From an uncultured Nitrospirota bacterium (GTDB lineage: Bacteria; CG2-30-53-67): DNA of 64,000 nt. The stretch's first letter is position 1; each line of letters begins with the position of its first letter. The notes under the pieces were generated by a model. It was not told where the DNA came from, made no database searches, and saw nothing but the letters and a program-made list of their open reading frames with translations. The stretch covers positions 10,275 to 74,274 of the forward strand of contig CAYZZU010000012.1 of assembly GCA_964483105.1 (NCBI GenBank), written 5' to 3'. The position numbers and the translations under genes were made by a program. Below, piece after piece: positions 38,486 through 48,450 of the stretch.

Positions 38486-41400
38486 AGATCCGGAACAAGG
38501 TGATGCTGGGGCTGCTTATTGTCGGGGCAATTCTTTTTGCGAGCTCCCTGGTAGGGATTCACTATTTCCAGGAGGAAAACCGTGCCGACCTGCGACACAG
38601 AGTATACGGGCTGAAACTGGAGAGGGCTCAGGCGCTACACCGTTCCATCGACCGGGCGCTCAGAGCGGTTCACCGTTATTTCATCCTGGGCGACCTCAAG
38701 GGAAAACAACAGTTTTTCAAGTCCTACCGGGAGTTTTCCTCCAGGCTTCGGGGGATTCAGGGGGAGTTGCCCGAGGTGGAGGGGCGGCCCCTTCTGAGAG
38801 AGACCGCGGAGCGGATCCGGAATACCGCGGAGCGGTTTTTCCGGATTGCGAATCCCGTGGAGAGTCCCGAGGCGAAACAGGCCGTGGAGCGGATCGACGC
38901 GCTTACCGGGCAGGTGGACCGGCTCCTGGACGGAATGGCCGCACGATGGCAGGAACAGAAAGAAAAGGCCGTCGAGGCGGAAGCGGTGATGCACCGGCGG
39001 CTTTTTGACTCGATCTGTCTTCTGATTCTTTTCCTGGTCTCCGGGGGGTTCTTCAGCGTTTTTTATTTTTCCAGGCTCATTTCAGGGCCTTTCCGTGACC
39101 TGATGCGCTCGGCTCAGGAAATCGGGAATGGGGATTTCTCCCGGCGTCTGGATGATCAACGGAAGGATGAGTTCGGAATCATGAACCGGACCTTCAATCT
39201 CATGCTGGATGCCGTGGAAGAGAGGGAAAGCGCCCTGCGCGAGAAAAACCGGGCACTGAACGCGGCGATCGAAGAGCTGGCGCGGACGAACGAAAGGATG
39301 CAGCTCAACAACGAAGAACTGGAGTCGACCAATGAGGAACTCCAGATCTCCAGCGAAGAGCTCGAGTCGGCGAACGAAGAGCTGAACCTCTCCAACCAGG
39401 AACTGGAGGTTAAAACGCGTGAACTGATCGAGACACGGGATTTGCTCCAAAAAAAGAATGAGGAGATCAAGAGGGGACATGACTTTCTCGAGACGGTCAT
39501 TAATTCCACCAATAGCGGGATCTGCGTGATCCGGCCTGATTTTACGATCGAGTCCGCAAACCGTGCGATTCAGAAGATGACCGGCTACACCGGGTCGGAG
39601 CTGATCGGTTCATTTTGCTATGAAATGTTCCAGGGAAGATCCGAACCCTGCAGCGATTGTCCGGCGCGAAAGGTCTTTACCGGCGGGGGTGTCCAGAGGG
39701 AACACCATTGCCACGTCACAAAGGACGGACGGGAGATCATCAGTGACATGACCGCCACGCCCCTGTTCGGAAAGGAAGGTCAGGTGGAGAGGGTCATCGA
39801 GACCCTGAACGATGTCACGGAGGTGGTTCACCTGACTCATGCCCTTTCGGAACAGAAGGAGCGGATGCGCTCGATCCTCATGAACATGGGGGAAGGGGTT
39901 TCCGTGATCAATCGTGCCCATGAGATTGAGTTTATCAACGATACCCTGCGGAAACGTTTCGGGGAGATTGAAGGTCAGAAGTGTTACAAGGCCTTTCGGG
40001 GATTGGCGCGCCCCTGTAACGGCAAGGAACCCTGTTCCCTGGTAGAGATCCTGGAGAAGGGACGAAAGCTCTTCGAGGTGACTAAACGGAACGAGGACGG
40101 CCGTTACTATCGTATGACGTCGGTTCCGCTTGCCAATCCGGACGGAACGACCTCCATGATACAGATCCGTCAGGATGTGACCGATGAGAAAAGGCTCGAG
40201 GAGGAGCGGCGGCGATATACGGAGCAACTGGAAGAGCTGAACCGGAGGATGGAAAAGGAGGTTGAAAAAAGGACGCAGGAACTCCTGGATGCCAACACGG
40301 AATTGAGGCTGGCCAATGAACGGCTCCGTGAGGTGAACCGGGAGAAATCCGAATTTATCGATATCGCCGTGCACGATCTCAGGACCCCCTTGACTTCCAT
40401 TGTGAGTTATGCCGATCTTCTGCGGAAATACAAGGATGAACCCGAGGAAACCCGCATGGAGTTCCTCGGGATTATTATCCAGGAGAGTTTCCGGATGACC
40501 CGTCTGATCAATGATTACCTGGACCTCTCCAAGCTTGAATCCGGTTACGTGGATTTCAAGGAAGAAAACGTGGATATGCATGCCCTGCTGGAACAGGTCT
40601 TTCAAACCTTCCAGGTCAGGGCGGACAAGAAACGGGTCCGCCTCGACCTCCGGGTTCCCTCTTCGTTGCCCCGGTTTGTGGGTGATGCCGAGAGACTCAA
40701 GCAGGTCTTTACCAACCTGATCGACAACGCGATCAAGTACACGCCCGCCGGTGGAGAAATCTCCGTGCAAGGGGAGGTAATGGAGAGGCCGGCACGCTTC
40801 CGGTTTACGGTCCGGGACAACGGGATCGGCATTGATGAACAGGGGCAGAAGGTACTCTTCAAGAAATTCGGACGGATCCGGGACCGGAAAATGAAAAAAC
40901 ACCAGGGAAGCGGGCTGGGACTCTCCATCGTCAAGACCATCGTGGAACATTATCGTGGAACGATTCATGTAGAGAGCGGGAAAGGGGAAGGCGCCGCCTT
41001 TTTGATCACGCTGCCCTTGAATCGCGAATCCTTTCAGGTGCGACACGCAAGTTCGGTTGACTCCTCCACGTCGGAGCTGGTCCGCCAGATCGTTCCGATC
41101 TCCCGGGAATATCTGGATCGGAATTTTCTCTGCGCATTCTTCGGCGCGTCACTGGACATCGATCAGATCAAGAAGGCGCTTGCCGGTGAGGGCGTCCCGG
41201 TTTATGATTTCATGGAGAAGGAGCAGTTGATTTTCAGTTCGGCGCGGATCCCTCTGTTTTCCAGGGGAAGATTTGACGGGAATCATCTTTTTGAACGCGT
41301 ACGGAATTTCTATGACCGGGTGGTCCAGTCGGAATGGGAGGGGCTCCTGGTAGTGCGGGATATGACACGACTGTTTTCCGAGAACAAGGTGAGTCGGGAC

Positions 41401-41592
41401 ATTCTGTATTTCGAAAAGAAGCTGGAAGCCTATCTGAGCCGTTTTTCAAAACCGGTGATTCAGATCTGCCATTACGATCCTGTTCCTTTTCCGGAGCCGG
41501 AAATGGAAGGTCTGGAGAAGATCCATCCTTTTCAGTTATTGCACGGGAAGATCGTGCCGCGGAATCATGGCGGGAACCGGCATGGATCATAG
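38482..41592 (+). CDS. multidomain sensor histidine kinase (TM sensor-HAMP-coiled coil-PAS x2/3-HisKA-HATPase-C-terminal MEDS-like domain)
   Basis: Two TM helices flank a ~170-aa periplasmic helical sensor. HAMP, an EELES(T/A)NEEL heptad-repeat coiled coil, PAS domains, H-box HDLRTPL and HATPase N/G boxes. The C-terminal ~280 aa resemble a MEDS domain. Confidence 0.7.
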   Translation: MKIRNKVMLGLLIVGAILFASSLVGIHYFQEENRADLRHRVYGLKLERAQALHRSIDRALRAVHRYFILGDLKGKQQFFKSYREFSSRLRGIQGELPEVEGRPLLRETAERIRNTAERFFRIANPVESPEAKQAVERIDALTGQVDRLLDGMAARWQEQKEKAVEAEAVMHRRLFDSICLLILFLVSGGFFSVFYFSRLISGPFRDLMRSAQEIGNGDFSRRLDDQRKDEFGIMNRTFNLMLDAVEERESALREKNRALNAAIEELARTNERMQLNNEELESTNEELQISSEELESANEELNLSNQELEVKTRELIETRDLLQKKNEEIKRGHDFLETVINSTNSGICVIRPDFTIESANRAIQKMTGYTGSELIGSFCYEMFQGRSEPCSDCPARKVFTGGGVQREHHCHVTKDGREIISDMTATPLFGKEGQVERVIETLNDVTEVVHLTHALSEQKERMRSILMNMGEGVSVINRAHEIEFINDTLRKRFGEIEGQKCYKAFRGLARPCNGKEPCSLVEILEKGRKLFEVTKRNEDGRYYRMTSVPLANPDGTTSMIQIRQDVTDEKRLEEERRRYTEQLEELNRRMEKEVEKRTQELLDANTELRLANERLREVNREKSEFIDIAVHDLRTPLTSIVSYADLLRKYKDEPEETRMEFLGIIIQESFRMTRLINDYLDLSKLESGYVDFKEENVDMHALLEQVFQTFQVRADKKRVRLDLRVPSSLPRFVGDAERLKQVFTNLIDNAIKYTPAGGEISVQGEVMERPARFRFTVRDNGIGIDEQGQKVLFKKFGRIRDRKMKKHQGSGLGLSIVKTIVEHYRGTIHVESGKGEGAAFLITLPLNRESFQVRHASSVDSSTSELVRQIVPISREYLDRNFLCAFFGASLDIDQIKKALAGEGVPVYDFMEKEQLIFSSARIPLFSRGRFDGNHLFERVRNFYDRVVQSEWEGLLVVRDMTRLFSENKVSRDILYFEKKLEAYLSRFSKPVIQICHYDPVPFPEPEMEGLEKIHPFQLLHGKIVPRNHGGNRHGS

Positions 41593-41652
41593 GATCCTCC
41601 AGTCCAGCCGGTTTGACTCGTTTCATGAATCGGGCGGGGTCCGGGGGGTCCT

Positions 41653-43041
41653 ATGAAACCGAAACTTCTGATCGTGGATGACGATGAAGAGATCCTCAAG
41701 CAGCTCAAGTGGGCCTTCAAGGAGGACTTCTCCATCTTCCTGGCCACCGACCGGGAGGCTGCGATTCAGTCCTTTCAACGGCACAGCCCGGATCTTGTCG
41801 CTCTGGATCTCGGACTCTCACCGCACATGGGGGGGGGGAGTGACGATGAAGGGATTGAAATCCTGCGCATGGTTCTGAAACAGGAACCCCTCACCAAGGT
41901 GATCATGATCACGGGGAACGAAATGCGGGAATACGCGATCCGGTCGATTCAGATGGGGGCCTTTGATTATTACTCCAAGCCGATCGATCTGGAAGAATTA
42001 CGCTTCATTCTGAAGCGGGCTCTCCATATCCAGGGACTTGAAAAAGAAAATCTCAGATTGCGAAAGGAGGTTCTCCAGAAGGAACAGTTTGCCGGGATGA
42101 TCGGATGGTCTCCCGCCATCCAGGAAGTCTATCAACAGATCGAAGGGGTGGCCGAAAGCAACGTGACGGTCCTGATCGAAGGGGAGAGTGGAACCGGCAA
42201 GGAACTGGCGGCCAGAGCGGTTCATGAGAGGAGCGGGCGCAGGAAAGCCCCCTTCGTGGTAATCAATTGTGGAGCGATCCCGGAAAACCTTCTGGAGTCC
42301 GAGCTCTTCGGTCATGAAAAGGGGGCCTTTACCGGCGCCGCCGCCACAAAGATCGGGAAATTCGAACAGGCGGACCGGGGGACCCTCTTTCTGGACGAGA
42401 TCGGGGAACTTCCCCTGCAGCTTCAGGTGAAGCTTCTCCGTTTTCTGCAGGACCATCAGATTGAACGGATCGGGGGGCGGCATCCGGTCAAGATCGATGT
42501 CCGGGTTATCGCCGCGACCAACCGCTCCCTGGAGGAAGAAGTGGAAGCGGGACGGTTTCGCAAGGATCTCTATTTCCGGTTGAATGTGGTCCGGATTCAT
42601 CTGCCTCGTCTCAAGGACCGGATCGGGGATCCGATCCTTCTGGCATATTATTTTCTGGACCTGTACCGTGGGGAACTGCAAAGCAAGGTCAATGGTTTCA
42701 CCGCCGAGGCGGAGCTTTCCATCAAGACCGCGGAGTGGGAGGGAAATATCCGGGAACTGGAGAACAGGGTTCGCAAGGCCTTGATCGTTGCGCGCGGACC
42801 CCTGATCACGGAAGTGGATCTGGATCTTGACTATAAAGAAAATGCCGTCCCGCTTTCTCTCAAGGAGGCCCGGGAGGAACTGGACAGGAAGTATATCCAC
42901 CTCGCCCTCCGGAACAACCACGGAAATATCAGCCAGGCCGCCAGGGAACTTGGAATCAGCCGGGTCAGCCTCCATGATCTGATCCGGAAGTATGGAATCA
43001 GGGTGAGGCATGGGGAGAGCAATCAGGAAAGGGGGGTGTAG
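41653..43041 (+). CDS. sigma-54-dependent Fis-family response regulator
   Basis: REC (with a Gly-rich insertion), AAA+ GESGTGKE, GAFTGA and a C-terminal HTH. Confidence 0.8.
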   Translation: MKPKLLIVDDDEEILKQLKWAFKEDFSIFLATDREAAIQSFQRHSPDLVALDLGLSPHMGGGSDDEGIEILRMVLKQEPLTKVIMITGNEMREYAIRSIQMGAFDYYSKPIDLEELRFILKRALHIQGLEKENLRLRKEVLQKEQFAGMIGWSPAIQEVYQQIEGVAESNVTVLIEGESGTGKELAARAVHERSGRRKAPFVVINCGAIPENLLESELFGHEKGAFTGAAATKIGKFEQADRGTLFLDEIGELPLQLQVKLLRFLQDHQIERIGGRHPVKIDVRVIAATNRSLEEEVEAGRFRKDLYFRLNVVRIHLPRLKDRIGDPILLAYYFLDLYRGELQSKVNGFTAEAELSIKTAEWEGNIRELENRVRKALIVARGPLITEVDLDLDYKENAVPLSLKEAREELDRKYIHLALRNNHGNISQAARELGISRVSLHDLIRKYGIRVRHGESNQERGV

Positions 43042-43320
43042 GTTTCCTTTACACACCTAACTGGTTGAATTATTACGAAAAATACTTAATTTGGCATATA
43101 ATCTTCGAAATTGTGTCGGATTTCTTTACATTTCATGATCCGACAGCTCTTGCCCTTTACGGTTTTTCTCTTTCCCTTCTGTGAAAAATAACGATAAATA
43201 TCATGAGGTTGGAAGTATGGTCGAATAAGATGGTATGAAAATTGCTGTTTCTCCACTTCGAGGACAAAACGTTCAGTGAAATGGAAGATTCTAATGTGTT
43301 ATCCTGAAAGAGGTGGCGAA

Positions 43321-43959
43321 ATGTTCAAAAAAGCAATCCTGTTCATGATGATCCTGGGATTTGGGTATCTCCTTCCCGCGTCGAATCTTTATGCCTCTCC
43401 GGTGTTGGGGTATGTGAATCCGGGGTACGGGGATGTCGATCCGGGTTATCAGGCCGCTCACCCGGGTTATCATTACGACCTCGGGAGTTCCACGACCGGC
43501 CTGGCTCTTTACACCTTCGAGAATGTCGCTCCCGGTGCGGGAGAGAACATGGTCGCCCTGTCCCTGGGGTTTGAATCGGATGTATTTGATCTCGCGCTTA
43601 CCGCTCCGGTTGCGGGAAGTGCGAATCCCGGCTGGTCCCTGGACTGGGTCGGGTTCGGACCGGACAAGGCGATCCTTTCCTGGAATTCACCGGGCCTGCC
43701 GGAGGGGGAGCAGCTTTCTTTTCTGGTGGACTATACGCTCCAGGATGACGCCATCAGCCTGGATGACGCGGGAGCCTGGGATGAAGCATCCTCGACGCCT
43801 GGATACTGGCAACAGGGCTTCGGGGTCCGTTATGGGAATGGAATGATCGGAGGAGGTTCCACCGCGCCCGTACCCGAACCCGGGACCTTGCTCCTGCTCG
43901 GCGTCAGCATGGTCAGTTTCGCAGCCTATGGAAGAAAGCGGTTGAACCGATCGAAGTGA
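43321..43959 (+). CDS. PEP-CTERM sorting domain-containing secreted protein
   Basis: Signal peptide, PGY-rich repeats and a C-terminal VPEPGTLLLLG...RKR PEP-CTERM anchor. SD GAGGTGG before the ATG at 43321. Confidence 0.7.
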   Translation: MFKKAILFMMILGFGYLLPASNLYASPVLGYVNPGYGDVDPGYQAAHPGYHYDLGSSTTGLALYTFENVAPGAGENMVALSLGFESDVFDLALTAPVAGSANPGWSLDWVGFGPDKAILSWNSPGLPEGEQLSFLVDYTLQDDAISLDDAGAWDEASSTPGYWQQGFGVRYGNGMIGGGSTAPVPEPGTLLLLGVSMVSFAAYGRKRLNRSK

Positions 43960-44006
43960 GAGAGATGAAAGTTCCCGTTCAGGCGGGGACTTGGTTTTCC
44001 AAAAAA

Positions 44007-44036
44007 GGCGCCCGTTTTTATCGGGGCGCCTTTTTT
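44007..44036. terminator. bidirectional rho-independent terminator
   Basis: AAAAAA-GGCGCCCG-tttttat-CGGGGCGCC-TTTTTT, between the convergent PEP-CTERM and TPR-lipoprotein genes. Confidence 0.65.
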
Positions 44037-46231
44037 GGTGCGTGGCTGAGTCTGGAGAGAAGCAGCCTGCATCTTTCAATTCCGGGGAAGTCCTTCCCCG
44101 GCTTCAGGGCTTTTTGAAAATATCTCTTTGCCTCTTTGAGACGGCCCGATTCCAGAGTGACCTCCCCTAAATGATAATGCAGGATCGGCATGCCGGGCTT
44201 CAGGGTGATGGCTTTCTTCAGGGTGTTTTCAGCCTTTTCCGGTTCTTTGGACTTGAATTGGATCCAGCCCAGGGTATCCAGAAAAGGAGCGGCACCGGGG
44301 TGGAGTTTCGCCGCCTTTTCGGCGAGTTGTTTCGCCCGGGTCAGGTCGTTCCCCTCGTTTGCGTAGAGCCATGCCAGGTTGTTCAGGGCGAATCCGTTTT
44401 CGGGATGCAGGTCCAGGATTTTCTGATACTGCTTCATGGCGGGAAGGATCGCCCCGGTTCGCTCATAGAGAACGGCCAGTTCGAAGCGGACCCGTTCCAC
44501 GTCCGGCAGCCGTTCCGGATGGCGAGCTTTCAGCAGCGCCGTCTCGTAATCCCTGACGGCAAGGGGAAGCGCCCCCCGCGTGGCGTAGAACCGCCCCCGG
44601 TAGAGGTAGGGCTCCGTCCTGTCCGGCATCGCGTGAATCGCCCGGTTGTAACATGCTTCGGCAAGTTTTTCCTTCCTCGATCGAATTAAAATCTCCGCCT
44701 TGTTGAGATAAGGGGCCAGAAACGCGGGGTTTGCCGTGATCGACCGGTTAAAAAAATCGATGGCCTGGTTCCCTTTCCCTTCTCCGGCCAGGGCCTCTCC
44801 GGTCAGGTTCAGAAGAAGGGCATTATCCGGCCACAACTTCAGGGCAACGCGGGCCTCGGCCAGGGCGTGCTGGAATTTTTTTTGAATCAGATAACTCAGG
44901 ATCAGTCGGATCCTGGTCCCGATTCGGTCCGGATCGATCCGGATCGAGATGCGATACTCCTGGATCGCCTTTTCAATTTCTCCCAGCGATCCGTAATAGC
45001 CGGCGATGTTTTCGTGGGTCAGACGGGAATTCGGATCGATCCGGAGGGCCGCCCGGTATTTTTCAAGCGCATCGTCCGGATGTCCTGTCTTCAGATAGAT
45101 CATGCCGAGCAGATTCAGGGCAAGGGGGTCCTCCGGCCGGCTCTTCGCGGCTCTTTCCAGATAACGGGTGGCTTCTTTGTCGTAATTCAGGATCAGGGCC
45201 GAGACGCCGGCGATCAGGTTGGCTCCCGCATGATTTGGTGATTTTTCAACGACTCTCCGGGCCATGGAGAAGGCCTGCTGCGTTTGATGCTGGCGAAAGT
45301 AGGCCTGCGCTAAAAGCAGGTAGGGCAGAGCCGTATCCGGTTTTCCTCTTATGGCGAGAAGCAGTTCACTGACGGCGGCCTGGCCGTTCTTTAATCCGAG
45401 GTAGGCTGCGCCTGTGATCAGGTGGGCCCGGGCCGACCCGGGGGAGAGGGACAGGGCTTTTTCTCCTTCGGAAAGGGCCTGTTTGAACCTCCCCAGGCGA
45501 ACCAGAAGTTCTCCTAAAAGAAGGTGCCCTTCGGTCAGGCCGGGATTTCTCTCCAGGGTGGACTGCATCAGGTTCGCAGCCGCTTCGAGCTTTCCCTGCC
45601 GGCTTTGGATCCGGGCGATGTAGAGGGGGATCGAGCTGTCACCGGGGGATAGCTTCCGGGCCTTCCGGAAGGCTGCGAGGGCCTTTCCCATCTGTTTCCG
45701 CGTAAGGTAGAGCTTCCCCATGGAGACAACAGCGGGATGGAAGTTAGGGTCCAGGTCCAGCGCTTTCTGGAACCGGGCGAGGGCTCCCTGGAAATCCTTT
45801 CTGGCCGCGCGGAGGTTGCCCAGAAGGAGATAGAGTCTGGGATCATCCTTGCGTCGGCTGAGGCAGACCGCTCCCTCACGGTCCGCATATTTCAGGTCAT
45901 TGAGGAAATAGGCGGTTTCGGCTGCCGACAGGTGAAGATCGTAACTGTCCATTCCGTATTTCAATGCCGTTTCATATTCGCTCTGAGCGGTGTTGTATGT
46001 TGTTCCCAAACTGTAGGCTTTTCCCAGAAGGTAATGGGCCTCACCGCTTCCGGGGATCAGGCGTACCAGATTTTTGAATTCCACGACAGCTCCCTGAGAA
46101 TTTCCCTGTTCCAGATAGGCGAGTCCCTGTGTGCGATGGCGGTTGATCTTCTGCTCTCTGGTTTCGCACGCGGAGAGAATGAGCAGCAGGGAAAGGATGC
46201 AGGAAAGGTAGAAAAGCCGTTTGCCGGGCAT
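44018..46231 (-). CDS. TPR-repeat lipoprotein (737 aa)
   Basis: Lipobox LILSAC, more than 15 TPR motifs. Possibly PrsT-like given the PEP-CTERM neighbour. Confidence 0.7.
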   Translation of the reverse strand: MPGKRLFYLSCILSLLLILSACETREQKINRHRTQGLAYLEQGNSQGAVVEFKNLVRLIPGSGEAHYLLGKAYSLGTTYNTAQSEYETALKYGMDSYDLHLSAAETAYFLNDLKYADREGAVCLSRRKDDPRLYLLLGNLRAARKDFQGALARFQKALDLDPNFHPAVVSMGKLYLTRKQMGKALAAFRKARKLSPGDSSIPLYIARIQSRQGKLEAAANLMQSTLERNPGLTEGHLLLGELLVRLGRFKQALSEGEKALSLSPGSARAHLITGAAYLGLKNGQAAVSELLLAIRGKPDTALPYLLLAQAYFRQHQTQQAFSMARRVVEKSPNHAGANLIAGVSALILNYDKEATRYLERAAKSRPEDPLALNLLGMIYLKTGHPDDALEKYRAALRIDPNSRLTHENIAGYYGSLGEIEKAIQEYRISIRIDPDRIGTRIRLILSYLIQKKFQHALAEARVALKLWPDNALLLNLTGEALAGEGKGNQAIDFFNRSITANPAFLAPYLNKAEILIRSRKEKLAEACYNRAIHAMPDRTEPYLYRGRFYATRGALPLAVRDYETALLKARHPERLPDVERVRFELAVLYERTGAILPAMKQYQKILDLHPENGFALNNLAWLYANEGNDLTRAKQLAEKAAKLHPGAAPFLDTLGWIQFKSKEPEKAENTLKKAITLKPGMPILHYHLGEVTLESGRLKEAKRYFQKALKPGKDFPGIERCRLLLSRLSHAPKKAPR

Positions 46232-46530
46232 AAGCGGGTCTCCTGATTCTCTTTATACTATAATGAGAGCGAGAGAGATCCGTCAACCCCTGTATTTCCC
46301 TTGCTCTTCAGGGGGCCGGAGTGCCAGGCAAAATTTTTTCTTCCCTGGCTTCCGGCCGGCAAACCTTTTGAGCGGATCTTCCACGGAAAGCCGGCCTCCG
46401 CGCAACTCCTCCTGCTGGATCATCTCTTCCGGAATCCCACGCCGATCCGCCCCCGACCGGATCCATACACAAACCGACGGTCGAGCGTCAGGGGCGATTC
46501 AGAAGGTGAGTGCAGTTCCGAATTGGATCT

Positions 46531-46638
46531 GGCTGCGTGACAGGGGGGACGCGCCCCCTTCGGAGGCGTGGAGAAAAGGCCCTGAACTCCTCAACAAAAC
46601 GATCTGAACATTTCTATCGCTGGATTCGGGGGCGCCGG
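46531..46638. repeat. GC-rich palindromic intergenic repeat, copy C (inverted relative to copy A)
   Basis: Reverse complement aligns with 22924..23027 at ~85% identity over ~105 bp. Confidence 0.6.
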
Positions 46639-46719
46639 CTTTGTTGACAAGGGGATCGGGCGGAGGTAGGATAGAGTCGTTCTGTTCATTTTCGTGGAAG
46701 AGGGACCGGTGAGGGAAAG

Positions 46720-47565
46720 ATGAAAACCATCGAGATGATTTCAGAAATGAAGACTGCCGCCAGGTTGTTGCGCGCCGAGGGAAAGTCTATCGGTTTGGTC
46801 CCGACCATGGGGGCCTTTCATGAAGGGCATCTTTCGTTGATGCGGGCGGCCCGCTCACAGAATGACGTGGTGGTAGTGAGCCTTTTTGTCAACCCGATCC
46901 AGTTCGGGCCCGACGAAGACCTGGATCGTTATCCCAGGAACCTGAACCGTGACATCGAACTGGCCCAGGGCGAGTCTGTGGACATCCTCTTTATTCCACA
47001 ATCCGGAGAGATCTACCCCGAAGGAGACTGTACCCGGATCACGGTGCAGGGGTTGTCCGACCGCCTCTGCGGGGAAAGCCGTCCCGGCCATTTCCAGGGG
47101 GTGGCCACGGTGGTTGCGAAGTTGTTTAACATGATCCTTCCGCACAGGGCCTACTTCGGCCTGAAGGATTTTCAGCAGACGGTGGTGATCCGAAGGATCG
47201 TTCAGGATCTGCATTTTGATGTTCAACTGGTGACCCTTCCCACGGTCCGGGAACCGGACGGGTTGGCCATGAGCTCCAGGAACAGCTACCTCTCACCGGC
47301 AGAGCGCGCCTCCGCACTCTGCCTGAAGCAGGCCCTGGACCAGGCGGTGCACCAGATTCAGGAAGGGGAGAGGAGCGCCGATCGGATTCGGGGGAGCATC
47401 CGGGACCGGATCCTGCGGGAGAAGTCTGCGCGGATCGATTATGTCTCGGTTTCGGATCCCCGGACTTTGAAGGAGGTCTCGGTGATCCGGGGGGAGGTGG
47501 TCATCGCCCTGGCCGTGTTTATCGGGGAGACCCGGTTGATCGATAATGTGGTGGTCTCCCCTTGA
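46720..47565 (+). CDS. panC: pantoate--beta-alanine ligase
   Basis: MGAFHEGH HIGH-type motif, 281 aa. Confidence 0.85.
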   Translation: MKTIEMISEMKTAARLLRAEGKSIGLVPTMGAFHEGHLSLMRAARSQNDVVVVSLFVNPIQFGPDEDLDRYPRNLNRDIELAQGESVDILFIPQSGEIYPEGDCTRITVQGLSDRLCGESRPGHFQGVATVVAKLFNMILPHRAYFGLKDFQQTVVIRRIVQDLHFDVQLVTLPTVREPDGLAMSSRNSYLSPAERASALCLKQALDQAVHQIQEGERSADRIRGSIRDRILREKSARIDYVSVSDPRTLKEVSVIRGEVVIALAVFIGETRLIDNVVVSP

Positions 47566-47598
47566 AGCCGGCTATGGTTCGGTGGATGGACGGCTGAA

Positions 47599-48174
47599 TC
47601 AGACGACTTCGATTCCCATGCTTCGCAACATGCCTGCGAGACGGGCGAGGGGGAGCCCCACGACGTTGGTATAGCACCCCTCGATCCTTTGGACCAGGAG
47701 GGCGCCTCGCCCCTGAATTCCATAGGCACCCGCCTTGTCCAACGGTTCACCCGAAGCGACATAGCGCGAGATTTCCCGCTCAGAAAGAGTTCGGAAAAAA
47801 ACCCGGGTGACCTCTTCTTCCTGAAGACGGGATCCATCTTCAGCATTCACCAGGGCCACTGCCGTGATCACATCGTGAGTCTTTCCGGAAAGGGCCTGCA
47901 GAAGCTGAAAGGCGGCTTGAGGATCCTGCGGTTTTCCGATCGGGGTCCCATCGAGAACCACCAGGGTGTCCGCGCCGATGACGATTCCGGAGTCGAGTCC
48001 TGTTGCAACCTGCTCGGCCTTTTTCAGGGCCATCTTTTTTGCGGTCTCTCTCGGTGGGAGGCCTTCTTCCCATTCTTCCGGGATCCGGCTCGGGATCACT
48101 TCAAACGAAAGACCGATCCGTCGGAGCAGATCCCTGCGGCGTGGGGAGGCCGAGGCCAGAATCAATGTTTTCAT
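47599..48174 (-). CDS. maf: Maf-like nucleoside triphosphate pyrophosphatase
   Basis: LILASASPRRRDLL N-terminus, 191 aa. Confidence 0.8.
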   Translation of the reverse strand: MKTLILASASPRRRDLLRRIGLSFEVIPSRIPEEWEEGLPPRETAKKMALKKAEQVATGLDSGIVIGADTLVVLDGTPIGKPQDPQAAFQLLQALSGKTHDVITAVALVNAEDGSRLQEEEVTRVFFRTLSEREISRYVASGEPLDKAGAYGIQGRGALLVQRIEGCYTNVVGLPLARLAGMLRSMGIEVV

Positions 48175-48450
48175 CTAAAAGGGGTCTCCACGCAGAGGGA
48201 CAGTGTAAGGTCCCAAACTTCATCGTTTCTTCCGAAAAAAACAAGATATGCAATATTCTTCTGAAAATCAATCGTTTTTCAACGTGGACTTTTAATCCGG
48301 GCTACTATATACTTTGAATCCCGCCGTAGCCGTCCAGTCCAGGTTCCTGTTCCGAAAATTTCATTATGGAATGCGGCAAGGATTCTGACGGGAGGCGCGC
48401 GGCGCTCCGGGCGGCGTGTAAGCGGAAGGCATCATACGGCGGACGGATTT

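Noticed and set aside
43125-43150. Possible sigma-54 promoter TTGGCATataatcTTCG upstream of the PEP-CTERM gene
   Set aside because: The spacing and the -12 element do not fit GG-N10-GC (TC instead of GC at -12). It is more likely an AT-rich sigma-70-type region.
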